Below, piece by piece: positions 1 through 8,272 of a stretch of 64,000 bases of DNA (position 1 is the first letter of the stretch; the number at the start of each line of letters is the position of its first letter). The position numbers were made by a program, and so were the translations under genes. The notes under the pieces were generated by a model. That model was not told where the DNA came from, searched no databases, and saw only the letters and a program-made list of their open reading frames with translations. The DNA comes from Poseidonia sp. (GTDB lineage Archaea; Thermoplasmatota; Poseidoniia; Poseidoniales; Poseidoniaceae): contig JAUREO010000001.1 in the NCBI GenBank assembly GCA_030827365.1, positions 22,312 to 86,311 on the forward strand, given 5' to 3'.

Positions 1-350
1 TGCTCATGGGATTATTCCTTTCAGGCCTACTCCAATCCATCCCAGCATTCGCAGTAGCGCCTGCTCTTGTTGTGGTGGGTGCTATGATGATGAGAGGAGC
101 AGCAGACATCAACTGGAATGACAAAGAATTGGCTATTCCAGCATTCATTACGATCGTTATGATGCCACTCACCTATTCAATTGCAGATGGTATCGCTTGG
201 GGTATTATCTCATACGTCGTTATGAAATTAGGAACTGGTAAAATGGACCAAATCAATACCGTCATGGGAGTACTCTGTGCTCTTATGGTCATGTTCTACC
301 TCGGCCCAGGCAACGAAACCACCTTTGAGTGGATTTTCGGAATGCTCTGA
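1..350 (+). CDS. Purine (adenine/guanine/hypoxanthine) permease, NCS2/AzgA family, C-terminal fragment; 5' end outside window
   Basis: The frame is open from the window edge to the TGA at 348-350. It has hydrophobic TM segments and the stretch IPAFITIVMMPLTYSIADGIAWGIISYV typical of AzgA/PbuG-type permeases. It is followed by apt, which fits a purine salvage context. Confidence 0.7.
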   Translation, partial: LMGLFLSGLLQSIPAFAVAPALVVVGAMMMRGAADINWNDKELAIPAFITIVMMPLTYSIADGIAWGIISYVVMKLGTGKMDQINTVMGVLCALMVMFYLGPGNETTFEWIFGML

Positions 351-353
351 CAT

Positions 354-369
354 TGACATCTAGATGTCA
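354..369. promoter_or_regulatory. Perfect 16-bp palindrome TGACATCTAGATGTCA between permease stop and apt start (candidate operator or hairpin)
   Basis: Read directly. It is self-complementary over all 16 positions. It begins 4 nt after the permease stop and lies about 50 nt upstream of the apt ATG. Confidence 0.35.
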
Positions 370-419
370 AAAACTGTAGCCATGGTGTATCTGGCGGTCA
401 AACGTGATTGGTGAAACCT

Positions 420-935
420 ATGAACCTCAAATCGTATATCCGAGGGGTTCCTGATTTTCCAATTGATGGCATCCTCTTCTACGATATTGCAACGTTGTTA
501 CGCTCACCAGAAGCCTTAGAGTATTGTCTTGATGCATTGGAAACTCAACTTCGGGCATGGAATCCAGATGTTATTGCCGGCATCGAAAGCAGAGGCTTTC
601 TCTTTGCCGTTCCTTTAGCACAACGCATGGGTCTACCGATGATGATGATTCGCAAAGAAGGAAAATTACCTGGACCAACTCGAAGTTTCGTTTACGAATT
701 AGAATACGGTACAGACACCATCGAGATTCAAGAAGATGCCCTTGAATCCGGTCAAAAGGTGGTCATCCTCGATGACCTTCTTGCTACTGGTGGAACGCTT
801 GCTGCATCTGTCGAATTATGCAGACAAGTCGGTGCAGAAGTTGTTGGGTGCGGCGTGGTGATCGAACTAACCTTCCTCAACGGAAGGGCCCAATTCGATG
901 TACCAATCCACGCCTTAGTTGAATACGACGAATAA
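420..935 (+). CDS. apt: Adenine phosphoribosyltransferase
   Basis: Matches include DFPIDGILFYDIATLL, GIESRGFLFAVPLA, YELEYGTD and the PRPP-binding motif VVILDDLLATGGT. The ATG at 420 is preceded by GGTGA 7 nt upstream. The track start at 408 is a GTG. Confidence 0.9.
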   Translation: MNLKSYIRGVPDFPIDGILFYDIATLLRSPEALEYCLDALETQLRAWNPDVIAGIESRGFLFAVPLAQRMGLPMMMIRKEGKLPGPTRSFVYELEYGTDTIEIQEDALESGQKVVILDDLLATGGTLAASVELCRQVGAEVVGCGVVIELTFLNGRAQFDVPIHALVEYDE

Positions 936-966
936 CGACAAGATTGAGATTTGTCTTTCGGTTGGC

Positions 967-2388
967 TCAGTTCAAGTTTCGAATCTCGGGTGTTTGGTCG
1001 GCGAGGAGGAATTCAAGCATTGCAGCCCACATAACAAATTCAATTGATTTTTGAATTTCTTCTACACCACCTACCATCTGAATCATGTTATCCAAAGTAT
1101 CGCTCGGTGAATGGTAGGCATCATAGTCAGCGTCGTATGCTCCCAAATGGAAGATGGTTTGGGCACCAAGATTTCTGAACGTCACGTGGTCGGAGCGCCC
1201 AAACGTATCTTCATGCACATCCATGACCAAATTCTCATGTTCATCCCAGTGTTGGTCACATCCCGCACCGTAGGTGCCTTCAATGGTCAAATTCATTGGT
1301 GCTTTCAGAATGTTCCGATGGACATGGTCAAGAATCGAAGTGATTTCGACATCTTGCTGGTTGGGGTCGCTATCCGGTCCAGACCATGCGTGATATGGAT
1401 ATGGCTCACCAGTCGGCTTGTAGGCCGGCCAGGAAATACCCATCATGTCCATGTTGATGTAGAATCGGAGTTCCTTATCTTGAGGCAAACAAGCATCACA
1501 ATCGTTGTTTGCAAAGGCGTTTGAACCACGTAGACCTTCTTCTTCAGACGACCATAACGCAAGGAATGTATCACATTCAAAGGTCATGTCAACAAACGCT
1601 CTTGCGAAGAGCATCATCGTCACCGTTCCTGCAGTGTTATCGTACGCTCCTTCGTATGTTCCTCCACCCGGTGGGCCTCCAGGAGGTGCGATATCGAAAT
1701 GAGCACCCATGCCTTGAACACAGGTATCGCTTCGTCCTTCCTTCCAAGCAATCACATTGAGAGATTCTGGTTGACTTGGATTGAGATGGTCGTTGACTCG
1801 CAGAATATCAGTTTCGTAGCCCAATCCTTCGAAGTGACCTTGGAAGAAGGCGGCGGCTCTCTCAAAGGCTGGATTTGGCGTTCCCATCCATCTGTTGACG
1901 TACCCACCACATGCTGAAGAATCGCTGCAAACTGAGGTAATGAATTCCATTTTCTCATACCAGTCCTCCCCGTTGACAACAGGCGTTCCGTTTTCAAGAG
2001 GAATCGTGAGTTGTGATGTGATGCCAGCATTATTCATGACTTGAAGTTCAACTTTTTCTGTGTAGGGAGTGGTCAAGATCCAACCACCAAGCACTTCGTT
2101 CTCATCTGTCCGAACTTCTCCAGTAGGAACAATGCTTCCATTGACGAACAACAACACATCATCCTGTTCGGTAAAGAGAACAAGGTTTTCTCCCCGTAGC
2201 AAGAAATCGTGCATTTCACCTCGGTACAAAGTTGCATCAGATGTTACTTTGCCATCGATGAAGAGAATATTGGAAATGATGACTTTTTCAGCCTCTTCTT
2301 CTCCAAAACATCCTGCAAGTGGTCCGATAAGCAGAAGGAATAGAACCCCAAACAGAGTACTATTCTTAGGTAACAAAGAGGCCTTCAT
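967..2388 (-). CDS. M28-family aminopeptidase, lipoprotein-like signal
   Basis: M28 zinc-site context: GAHFDI, AYDNTAGTV, SSEEEGLRGS, MDMMG and AYHSPSD. The probable start MKASLLPKNSTLFGVLFLLLIGPLAGC carries a lipobox-like LAGC. The longer track ORF (to 2562) runs through the tRNA gene, so I trimmed it to the ATG at 2388. Confidence 0.8.
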   Translation of the reverse strand: MKASLLPKNSTLFGVLFLLLIGPLAGCFGEEEAEKVIISNILFIDGKVTSDATLYRGEMHDFLLRGENLVLFTEQDDVLLFVNGSIVPTGEVRTDENEVLGGWILTTPYTEKVELQVMNNAGITSQLTIPLENGTPVVNGEDWYEKMEFITSVCSDSSACGGYVNRWMGTPNPAFERAAAFFQGHFEGLGYETDILRVNDHLNPSQPESLNVIAWKEGRSDTCVQGMGAHFDIAPPGGPPGGGTYEGAYDNTAGTVTMMLFARAFVDMTFECDTFLALWSSEEEGLRGSNAFANNDCDACLPQDKELRFYINMDMMGISWPAYKPTGEPYPYHAWSGPDSDPNQQDVEITSILDHVHRNILKAPMNLTIEGTYGAGCDQHWDEHENLVMDVHEDTFGRSDHVTFRNLGAQTIFHLGAYDADYDAYHSPSDTLDNMIQMVGGVEEIQKSIEFVMWAAMLEFLLADQTPEIRNLN

Positions 2389-2463
2389 TGCTGTACTGGA
2401 GAAGCGGTGATTTAACAGGTTATCCATAAACCGAAACAACCCCTTGAGAAAAGAAGGCAGGAG

Positions 2464-2534
2464 TGCGGATGGCGGGAGTCGAACCCGCGCAGCGAGCTTG
2501 GAAGGCTCGAGTGCTACCACTACACCACATCCGC
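2464..2534 (-). tRNA. tRNA-Gly (anticodon UCC)
   Basis: The reverse complement folds as GCGGATG-TG-GTGT-AGTGGTA-GCAC-T-CGAGC-CTTCCAA-GCTCG-CTGC-GCGGG-TTCGACT-CCCGC-CATCCGC-A. It has a 7-bp acceptor stem, 5-bp anticodon and T stems, and anticodon TCC. It is 71 nt long with no encoded CCA. Confidence 0.9.
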
Positions 2535-2634
2535 ATGTGGCAAACCTGCCGACACGCATCACCTCTTTGAAAAAATCGGTTGAACTTCTTGTAGCGGCAT
2601 CTTCGATTTGCTAAATTGATGTCATCGATGTGGC

Positions 2635-5600
2635 TCAAAGTTGTGGTGGACGAGGAGGCAATCGTTGAGATTGAAGTTGCCTGTTTCGCAAGAATTCTTC
2701 CTGCTTTATTTGACGAAGTTCCTCGATTTTCTTATTCTTCTTTGAGCCACGCTTGACGAGCAGTCCCATCAGAAGTGCCAAAGATCCGATACCAAGCAAA
2801 GCCTGACCTATCGGGTTATTGATGCCTTTTTGCAGTAATGAACCGAAGGCTCCATCTGAGTCATCATCAAGTGAAGAGTTGAAGACTTCAAGTTTGATGG
2901 AATGCGTATCCATCGGTTGAGTTGAACCGGGTTCTCTTGCTACGATGACAAGATTTGCTTTCCCTGTCTTCAAAATCGTACCGCTAAACGTTACAGTTTG
3001 AGTATGTCCTGTGGTGTCATCGAAAGTCAAGGCTTGCACCGTTGCTTGGCTGATAAAAATGGACATCGGTTGCCACTCGATACGTGCGAAGAACGCAGAT
3101 TCAGTATCGGTTGTGAGGGTGCATGAAAAGGTAAAACTCGTTTCCACCACAATGTCGATTTCAAGTTCGCTTAGTGAACACATCAATTCACCTTCGGCTG
3201 AATTCCGAGTAGGGTCGTTGGGATAATGGTCGGGTTTGTATGAACCAAGTTGATCATTGTCACCCCAACCATCGCCATCAGCATCGCTGTGTTGGGTAAC
3301 TTGGTCCGGAAACGCATCATCTGAATCCGCATATGAATCTCCATCTGCGTCAGGACAGCCAAACATACCGTTCGCTGTGGCTGTTCCAAATTCAGTTGGA
3401 CAAGCGTCACCATCGACTGCATTGGATTCATCACCATATCCGTCCCCGTCGCTGTCCATCCACTGCGAAGCATCGTCTGGCCACAAGTCGTTTTCATCGC
3501 TCATGCCATCGTTATCTGAATCCTCACATCCAAATTGATCGATGGTCGAAGTTCCTGCTGTGGTTGGGCAAGAATCGGATTGGAATCCATCTGCCTCATC
3601 ACCATAACCATCACCATCCGAATCAAGCCATTGGGTGTTAACGCTCGGGAAATCATCACCGTCATCGGAGTAACCATCACTATCCGAATCAACACAACCA
3701 TACACATCAATCGAGGAACTACCCTGTATGGTTGGACAACTATCCGGATTGGTTCCATTTGGTTCGTCTCCAAATCCATCTCCATCGCTGTCAGACCATT
3801 GGGTTGGGTCATTAACAAACGCATCAGCACCATCGGAAGTGTTCCAAACACCTGATACCGGATTCGAGTAACCGTCACCGTCCGTGTCCACACAACCATT
3901 TCGGTCAAGTGTTGAATTTCCTAAGACATAGGGACATGCATCTTCGAGGTCATCAAATCCATCGTTGTCCGAGTCTGTTGAACGGGTTGGGTCTAGTGGG
4001 AATGAATCGTTGATGTCTGAAACGCCATCTCCATCCGAGTCTGGACAGCCGTATTGGTCGAAGGTTGAGTTACCTGCTTGACCAGGGCAACCATCTGGGA
4101 ACTCACCTGAGGCGTTATCGCCATATCCATCACCATCTTGGTCGAGCCATTGTGTGCCCGAGTCAGGTAGTTCATCGATGACGTTTTCCCATCCGTCTCC
4201 ATCGTCATCTGGACAGCCGTATCTATTTCCTTTCGTTGAATTCCCCGGCGTTGTTGGGCAGGTGTCGGGTGTCGTACCACCAGGATTGTCACCAAATCCA
4301 TCATTGTCTGTATCGTTCCATTGGGTATTGTCTGAAGGGAATGCATCAATTGAATCTGCACGACCATCGTTATCTCCATCTGGACAGCCGAGAGCCTGTG
4401 AGGTCCATGAGGTACCAAATTCGGTTGGACATGCATCTGGGTTGTTTCCAGATGGGTTGTCACCGTATCCGTCACCATCGGTATCGTTCCACTGTGTAGC
4501 ATCGTTCGGGAAGGCATCAGCACCCATAGCAACTGTATGACTTCCGCTTGCATCGGAATATCCATCTCCATCGCTATCGAGGCAACCAATTCGGTCGTGA
4601 ATCGAAGTTCCTGCTACATTCTCACAGTCATCCTCTGTTTGGTCAGAGAAACCGTCCCCGTCCCCATCAGACCATGCGTTAGGGTTGCTTGGATATGCAT
4701 CCGCACCATCACTTGCCGTCCAACCTGAATCGGGGTCAGAATATCCATCGCCGTCTGTATCAGGACAACCTATTCGGTCATTGACTGAAGTACCCGAGGT
4801 TGATGGACATTGGTCGCCGTTTGTACCTGTGGGGTTGTCACCATAACCATCGCCATCTGAATCGGCTGATTGGCTGGAATCATTAGGGAATTCATCGGCT
4901 CCATCGCCGACGGTCCAACTGGCATCGGGGTCGGAAACTCCGTCCCCGTCGCTATCAAGACAACCGTTTCGGTCGACGTTCGAGGTTGCGCTCACTGTTG
5001 GACATGCGTCAGGGTTGTTTCCTGAGGCATTATCCCCATAGCCATCGCCATCAGCGTCTTCGAACTGTGTTGCATCGTTATCAAATTCATCATCGAGGTC
5101 GGCATACCCATCGCCATCCGAGTCTGGACAACCCAATCTATTGAGTTGAGTAGAGGTTCCTGAAGTTGATGGACAAGCGTCCGGATTGTTACCGCTTGAA
5201 TTGTCACCGTATCCATCCCCGTCAGAATCAACCCACTGTGTTGCGTCGGATGTAAATGCATCAGCACCTTGCCCGACGGTCCATGTCGAATCAGGGTCAG
5301 AATAACCATCACCATCGGAATCGGTGCAACCAAATCGGTCTTGATCCGAAGTACCAGAGGTTGTTGGACATGCATCTCCATCGGTTGCTGGTGGCGGGTT
5401 GTCACCGTATCCATCTCCGTCCGAATCTTCCCATTGCGAACTATCGTTCGGGAAGGCATCAGCACCGTTTGATGTCGTCCATGTGGAATCGCCATCGCTT
5501 GCCCCATCACCATCGGTATCGGTGCAACCATTTCTGTCTCTATACGAATCTCCTGCGACTGTTTCACAAGCATCTGCGCCGTTTGCCGTCGTCCAAGTTG

Positions 5601-8160
5601 AATCCGGATTTGAGTATCCATCGCCATCATCATCAGTACATCCGAATCTGTCGGTCGTTGAATTTCCAGCAGTCGATACACAGGCATCAGGGTTGGTTCC
5701 TGCGGAGTTGTCGCCGTATCCGTCAAAATCGGTGTCAGCCCATTGAGTGCTATCCGAAGGAAAAGCATCAGCACCGTTGTTGACGGTCCAGTTTGAATCA
5801 GGGTTTGAATAACCATCGCCATCGGTGTCAGGACACCCATCCCTGTCTTGTGTTGAGGTACCAAACACAGAACTGCAATCGTCTGCAGTATCAATGACGC
5901 CATCGTTGTCCATGTCTTGGGTGAGGTTCGTAAAACTCACATCGGCATTGATGGCCAACGCAAAAAATTGAGGCCCGGTGGGGATGTTGGAACCGAGGAC
6001 ATGTACTTCCCAGGTTCCTTGGGCTGGGTTGGAAAATTTGAGACCACGAAGATTGTCACGGTCGTTTGAAAGGTTAGTCCAGGTGCCCGATGGGTCTTTG
6101 ACAGCGAGGTCAAGGTCATTGACCAGATTAACGCTTGCGACCGTGGTCGATGCAGGGTCTGTCCACGACAGGAGTATTTGGAAATCTTCAGCATTTGCTG
6201 GTATTGAAAACGACCATCCTCTATCGTCGTTGGTTGAAAGGGATTCTTTGTCGATCCAAGACGTATTAACCGCCGCAGACATATTCACGAGTCCCCATCC
6301 TTCGTGGATGTTCGGTGAGGCTTCTTTCGCTCCATTTGTCCCATCGCCCCCGCTGGAGTATTGACCTTCCATGTCATGTGCAGAAGCGGTCATAATGGCT
6401 TTGATGAGGGCTGAAGTTGGTGCAGAGTAATTTTCATTCTCATCAAGATGTTGAATCAACAACGCTACTGCACCTGCTGTGAGTGGAGTGGCCATACTTG
6501 TGCCGCCCATGTAGCAATAACTTGTGTTGTATGAACCCCATCCACAATTACCGGCCGAACGAGATTTCGTCGACAGAATGTATGTCCCTGGTGCTGAGAT
6601 GTCAGGTTTAATTCGGTCATCGTCAGCTGGTCCTCGACTTGAGAACGCAGCCATGCCCTCCGGATTATCAGCTAATCTATCTGAGGAAATTGGTGAACCA
6701 TAATTCGTTGAACCCCAAACGTTTGAAATCGAAGGTCTGTTGTTTTCTGAAGCCCCCACGGTGATGACGTTCTTTGCACTTGCAGGTGAACCAAGTGAAT
6801 CATTGTCAATTTCACCATCTGAATTTGCATCAGCACCTTCATTTGCTGCAGCAAAGAGAATCACGAGTTCATCATGCGTTCGAGCACTTGCATCGGCTTG
6901 CATTGAACTTGTTGTGTATTGACCGTTGACGTCAGAACCCCATGAGTTTGTGTGGACTTGACTACCGTTCGCCCAAGCAAGGCTAAACATGTCATCGAGG
7001 TCATCAGGTATTCCTGCGAGCAATTCACTGCCGCCTACCGTTGTAGCGATAGAATGGACAAGCAAGTGTGCCTCGGGTGCTGAACCGATGATGCCAATGG
7101 TGTTGTCTGTTCCATCTCCAAGAACTGAGCCAGCGACGTGGGTTCCATGGCCATGATGGTCTTCAGCATCATCAGCACATCCAGATGGAACGGTGTATCC
7201 TTGACTGTTGTAATAGTTGCATGTTGAGGCCGACATCGGCCAAGATAAAATTCCGGTGATATGGTCTTTGAAATCGGGATGCATGTTTGAATTATTATAG
7301 CCGTTATCCAAACCCGTATCTGCAACGGTGACAATCACGCCTGAACCATCCAGTCCTATCCAGTTGGAATCGATAGCAGCCATGTTGGTTGAGGACCACA
7401 CATCGTTGACTTTCATCACTTCAGTGGCTTCACTATTGAGCAGAAAGTAGTAAGGTTTCTCTTCGACCCATTCGATTTCATGATGCTCGACCAACCACTT
7501 GATGCCGTCGCTATTGGCCCACATCGTTGCAAATCGAGTGGAATGCGATTTCACGGAAATGTCATCGATGGATTCGATGCCGGAAGGTAGTTCGATTCCA
7601 GAGAGCACCACGTTGACATAGGCTTCACCAGTTGATACAAATGGATTGTAACCATGCATGGATTGACCAGTGAGTCCACGAGCAAGGTTCGTTCGAATTT
7701 TATCGGTCGGGTCCATTTTGCTGACTCCAATGACATCTAGCTGTGCCAACTCAGAAGATTTGAGGTCTGGGACATAACAGTGGAATGAACTTCTTGGCAG
7801 GTATGAATAGCAATCTATACCCTTTTCACTTAAACGCCCAACCCAATCCGTTGGTACGGGGTAGGAATGTGTTAAGATATGGAATCCAGAGATGATTGAA
7901 CTTCCAGTGAGAGTAGCAAATTGTGAAGGCGTAAGGGGTTTGGAATCACGGTACAAAAATCCGACCGTCTCCTCGACATTCGATGCAATTGACCAGCCAT
8001 ATTCTGGAGAAGCCTGAGGGTGAATGTTGAGGAGGGCAAGTGTGTCGATATCAGCTTCTGAATCCATATTAATTGAAGGAGATACCAATGCTTGAACACT
8101 GACCGTTGGTAGCAGAATTTGGGTAAAGAAGAGAACCACAACAAAAAAACTCATACGCAT
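2635..8160 (-). CDS. Giant secreted, C-terminally membrane-anchored S8 subtilisin-like serine protease with about 15 thrombospondin-type-3-like Ca-binding modules
   Basis: Catalytic triad motifs are VTVADTGLD, HGHGTHVAGSV and GGTSMATPLTAG. The signal-like N-terminus is MRMSFFVVVLFFTQILLPTVSVQA (ATG at 8160). There is a long array of DxDGDGYxD / GC modules. The C-terminal TM is LLGIGSLALLMGLLV, followed by a basic, Pro-containing tail. Confidence 0.9.
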   Translation of the reverse strand: MRMSFFVVVLFFTQILLPTVSVQALVSPSINMDSEADIDTLALLNIHPQASPEYGWSIASNVEETVGFLYRDSKPLTPSQFATLTGSSIISGFHILTHSYPVPTDWVGRLSEKGIDCYSYLPRSSFHCYVPDLKSSELAQLDVIGVSKMDPTDKIRTNLARGLTGQSMHGYNPFVSTGEAYVNVVLSGIELPSGIESIDDISVKSHSTRFATMWANSDGIKWLVEHHEIEWVEEKPYYFLLNSEATEVMKVNDVWSSTNMAAIDSNWIGLDGSGVIVTVADTGLDNGYNNSNMHPDFKDHITGILSWPMSASTCNYYNSQGYTVPSGCADDAEDHHGHGTHVAGSVLGDGTDNTIGIIGSAPEAHLLVHSIATTVGGSELLAGIPDDLDDMFSLAWANGSQVHTNSWGSDVNGQYTTSSMQADASARTHDELVILFAAANEGADANSDGEIDNDSLGSPASAKNVITVGASENNRPSISNVWGSTNYGSPISSDRLADNPEGMAAFSSRGPADDDRIKPDISAPGTYILSTKSRSAGNCGWGSYNTSYCYMGGTSMATPLTAGAVALLIQHLDENENYSAPTSALIKAIMTASAHDMEGQYSSGGDGTNGAKEASPNIHEGWGLVNMSAAVNTSWIDKESLSTNDDRGWSFSIPANAEDFQILLSWTDPASTTVASVNLVNDLDLAVKDPSGTWTNLSNDRDNLRGLKFSNPAQGTWEVHVLGSNIPTGPQFFALAINADVSFTNLTQDMDNDGVIDTADDCSSVFGTSTQDRDGCPDTDGDGYSNPDSNWTVNNGADAFPSDSTQWADTDFDGYGDNSAGTNPDACVSTAGNSTTDRFGCTDDDGDGYSNPDSTWTTANGADACETVAGDSYRDRNGCTDTDGDGASDGDSTWTTSNGADAFPNDSSQWEDSDGDGYGDNPPPATDGDACPTTSGTSDQDRFGCTDSDGDGYSDPDSTWTVGQGADAFTSDATQWVDSDGDGYGDNSSGNNPDACPSTSGTSTQLNRLGCPDSDGDGYADLDDEFDNDATQFEDADGDGYGDNASGNNPDACPTVSATSNVDRNGCLDSDGDGVSDPDASWTVGDGADEFPNDSSQSADSDGDGYGDNPTGTNGDQCPSTSGTSVNDRIGCPDTDGDGYSDPDSGWTASDGADAYPSNPNAWSDGDGDGFSDQTEDDCENVAGTSIHDRIGCLDSDGDGYSDASGSHTVAMGADAFPNDATQWNDTDGDGYGDNPSGNNPDACPTEFGTSWTSQALGCPDGDNDGRADSIDAFPSDNTQWNDTDNDGFGDNPGGTTPDTCPTTPGNSTKGNRYGCPDDDGDGWENVIDELPDSGTQWLDQDGDGYGDNASGEFPDGCPGQAGNSTFDQYGCPDSDGDGVSDINDSFPLDPTRSTDSDNDGFDDLEDACPYVLGNSTLDRNGCVDTDGDGYSNPVSGVWNTSDGADAFVNDPTQWSDSDGDGFGDEPNGTNPDSCPTIQGSSSIDVYGCVDSDSDGYSDDGDDFPSVNTQWLDSDGDGYGDEADGFQSDSCPTTAGTSTIDQFGCEDSDNDGMSDENDLWPDDASQWMDSDGDGYGDESNAVDGDACPTEFGTATANGMFGCPDADGDSYADSDDAFPDQVTQHSDADGDGWGDNDQLGSYKPDHYPNDPTRNSAEGELMCSLSELEIDIVVETSFTFSCTLTTDTESAFFARIEWQPMSIFISQATVQALTFDDTTGHTQTVTFSGTILKTGKANLVIVAREPGSTQPMDTHSIKLEVFNSSLDDDSDGAFGSLLQKGINNPIGQALLGIGSLALLMGLLVKRGSKKNKKIEELRQIKQEEFLRNRQLQSQRLPPRPPQL
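3250..5915 (-). repeat. In-frame array of about 15 degenerate coding repeats (~55-65 aa each) inside the protease gene
   Basis: The repeated unit is roughly CPxxxGxSxxDRxGCxDxDGDGYSDPDSxWTxxxGADAFPxDxxQWxDxDGDGYGDNxxGxNPDA. I counted about 15 xGC(P/T/L/V)D(S/T/D)DGDG cores by eye. Confidence 0.85.
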
Positions 8161-8272
8161 ACAACACACCCTACAATGTCTTGTGTGCAGACCTCCCTCA
8201 TCAAACATTTGCCTACAAATCTTTAGCAAAAGAACAGAAAGCATTCAAAAACCTCGTTCATTAGGTCGGCTT

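Noticed and set aside
2389-2562. N-terminal 58-codon extension of the M28 peptidase ORF given in the track
   Set aside because: The extension runs straight through the tRNA-Gly gene (2464-2534). The internal ATG at 2388 gives a proper signal/lipobox N-terminus.
3011-5903. Many 60-300-aa ORFs on both strands inside the protease repeat region (for example 3183-3497, 3501-3908, 3993-4589, 4992-5903, 5256-5783)
   Set aside because: They are alternative-frame readings of the GAY/GGN-rich TSP3-like repeats. Their translations are low-complexity (His/Met/Thr/Ser-rich). All are fully nested in the 5.5-kb protease ORF, which has clear catalytic motifs.
3250-5915. Periodic DNA repetition that could superficially suggest a CRISPR-like or satellite array
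   Set aside because: The units are long (roughly 170-190 bp), degenerate, of uneven length and maintain one open reading frame. There are no short identical direct repeats separated by unique spacers.
8161-8272. Track start sites extending the protease (to 8244) and the ABC exporter (from 8183) so that the two divergent genes overlap
   Set aside because: Both extensions lack signal or TM logic. The internal ATGs at 8160 and 8273 give sensible N-termini and leave a 112-bp divergent promoter region.
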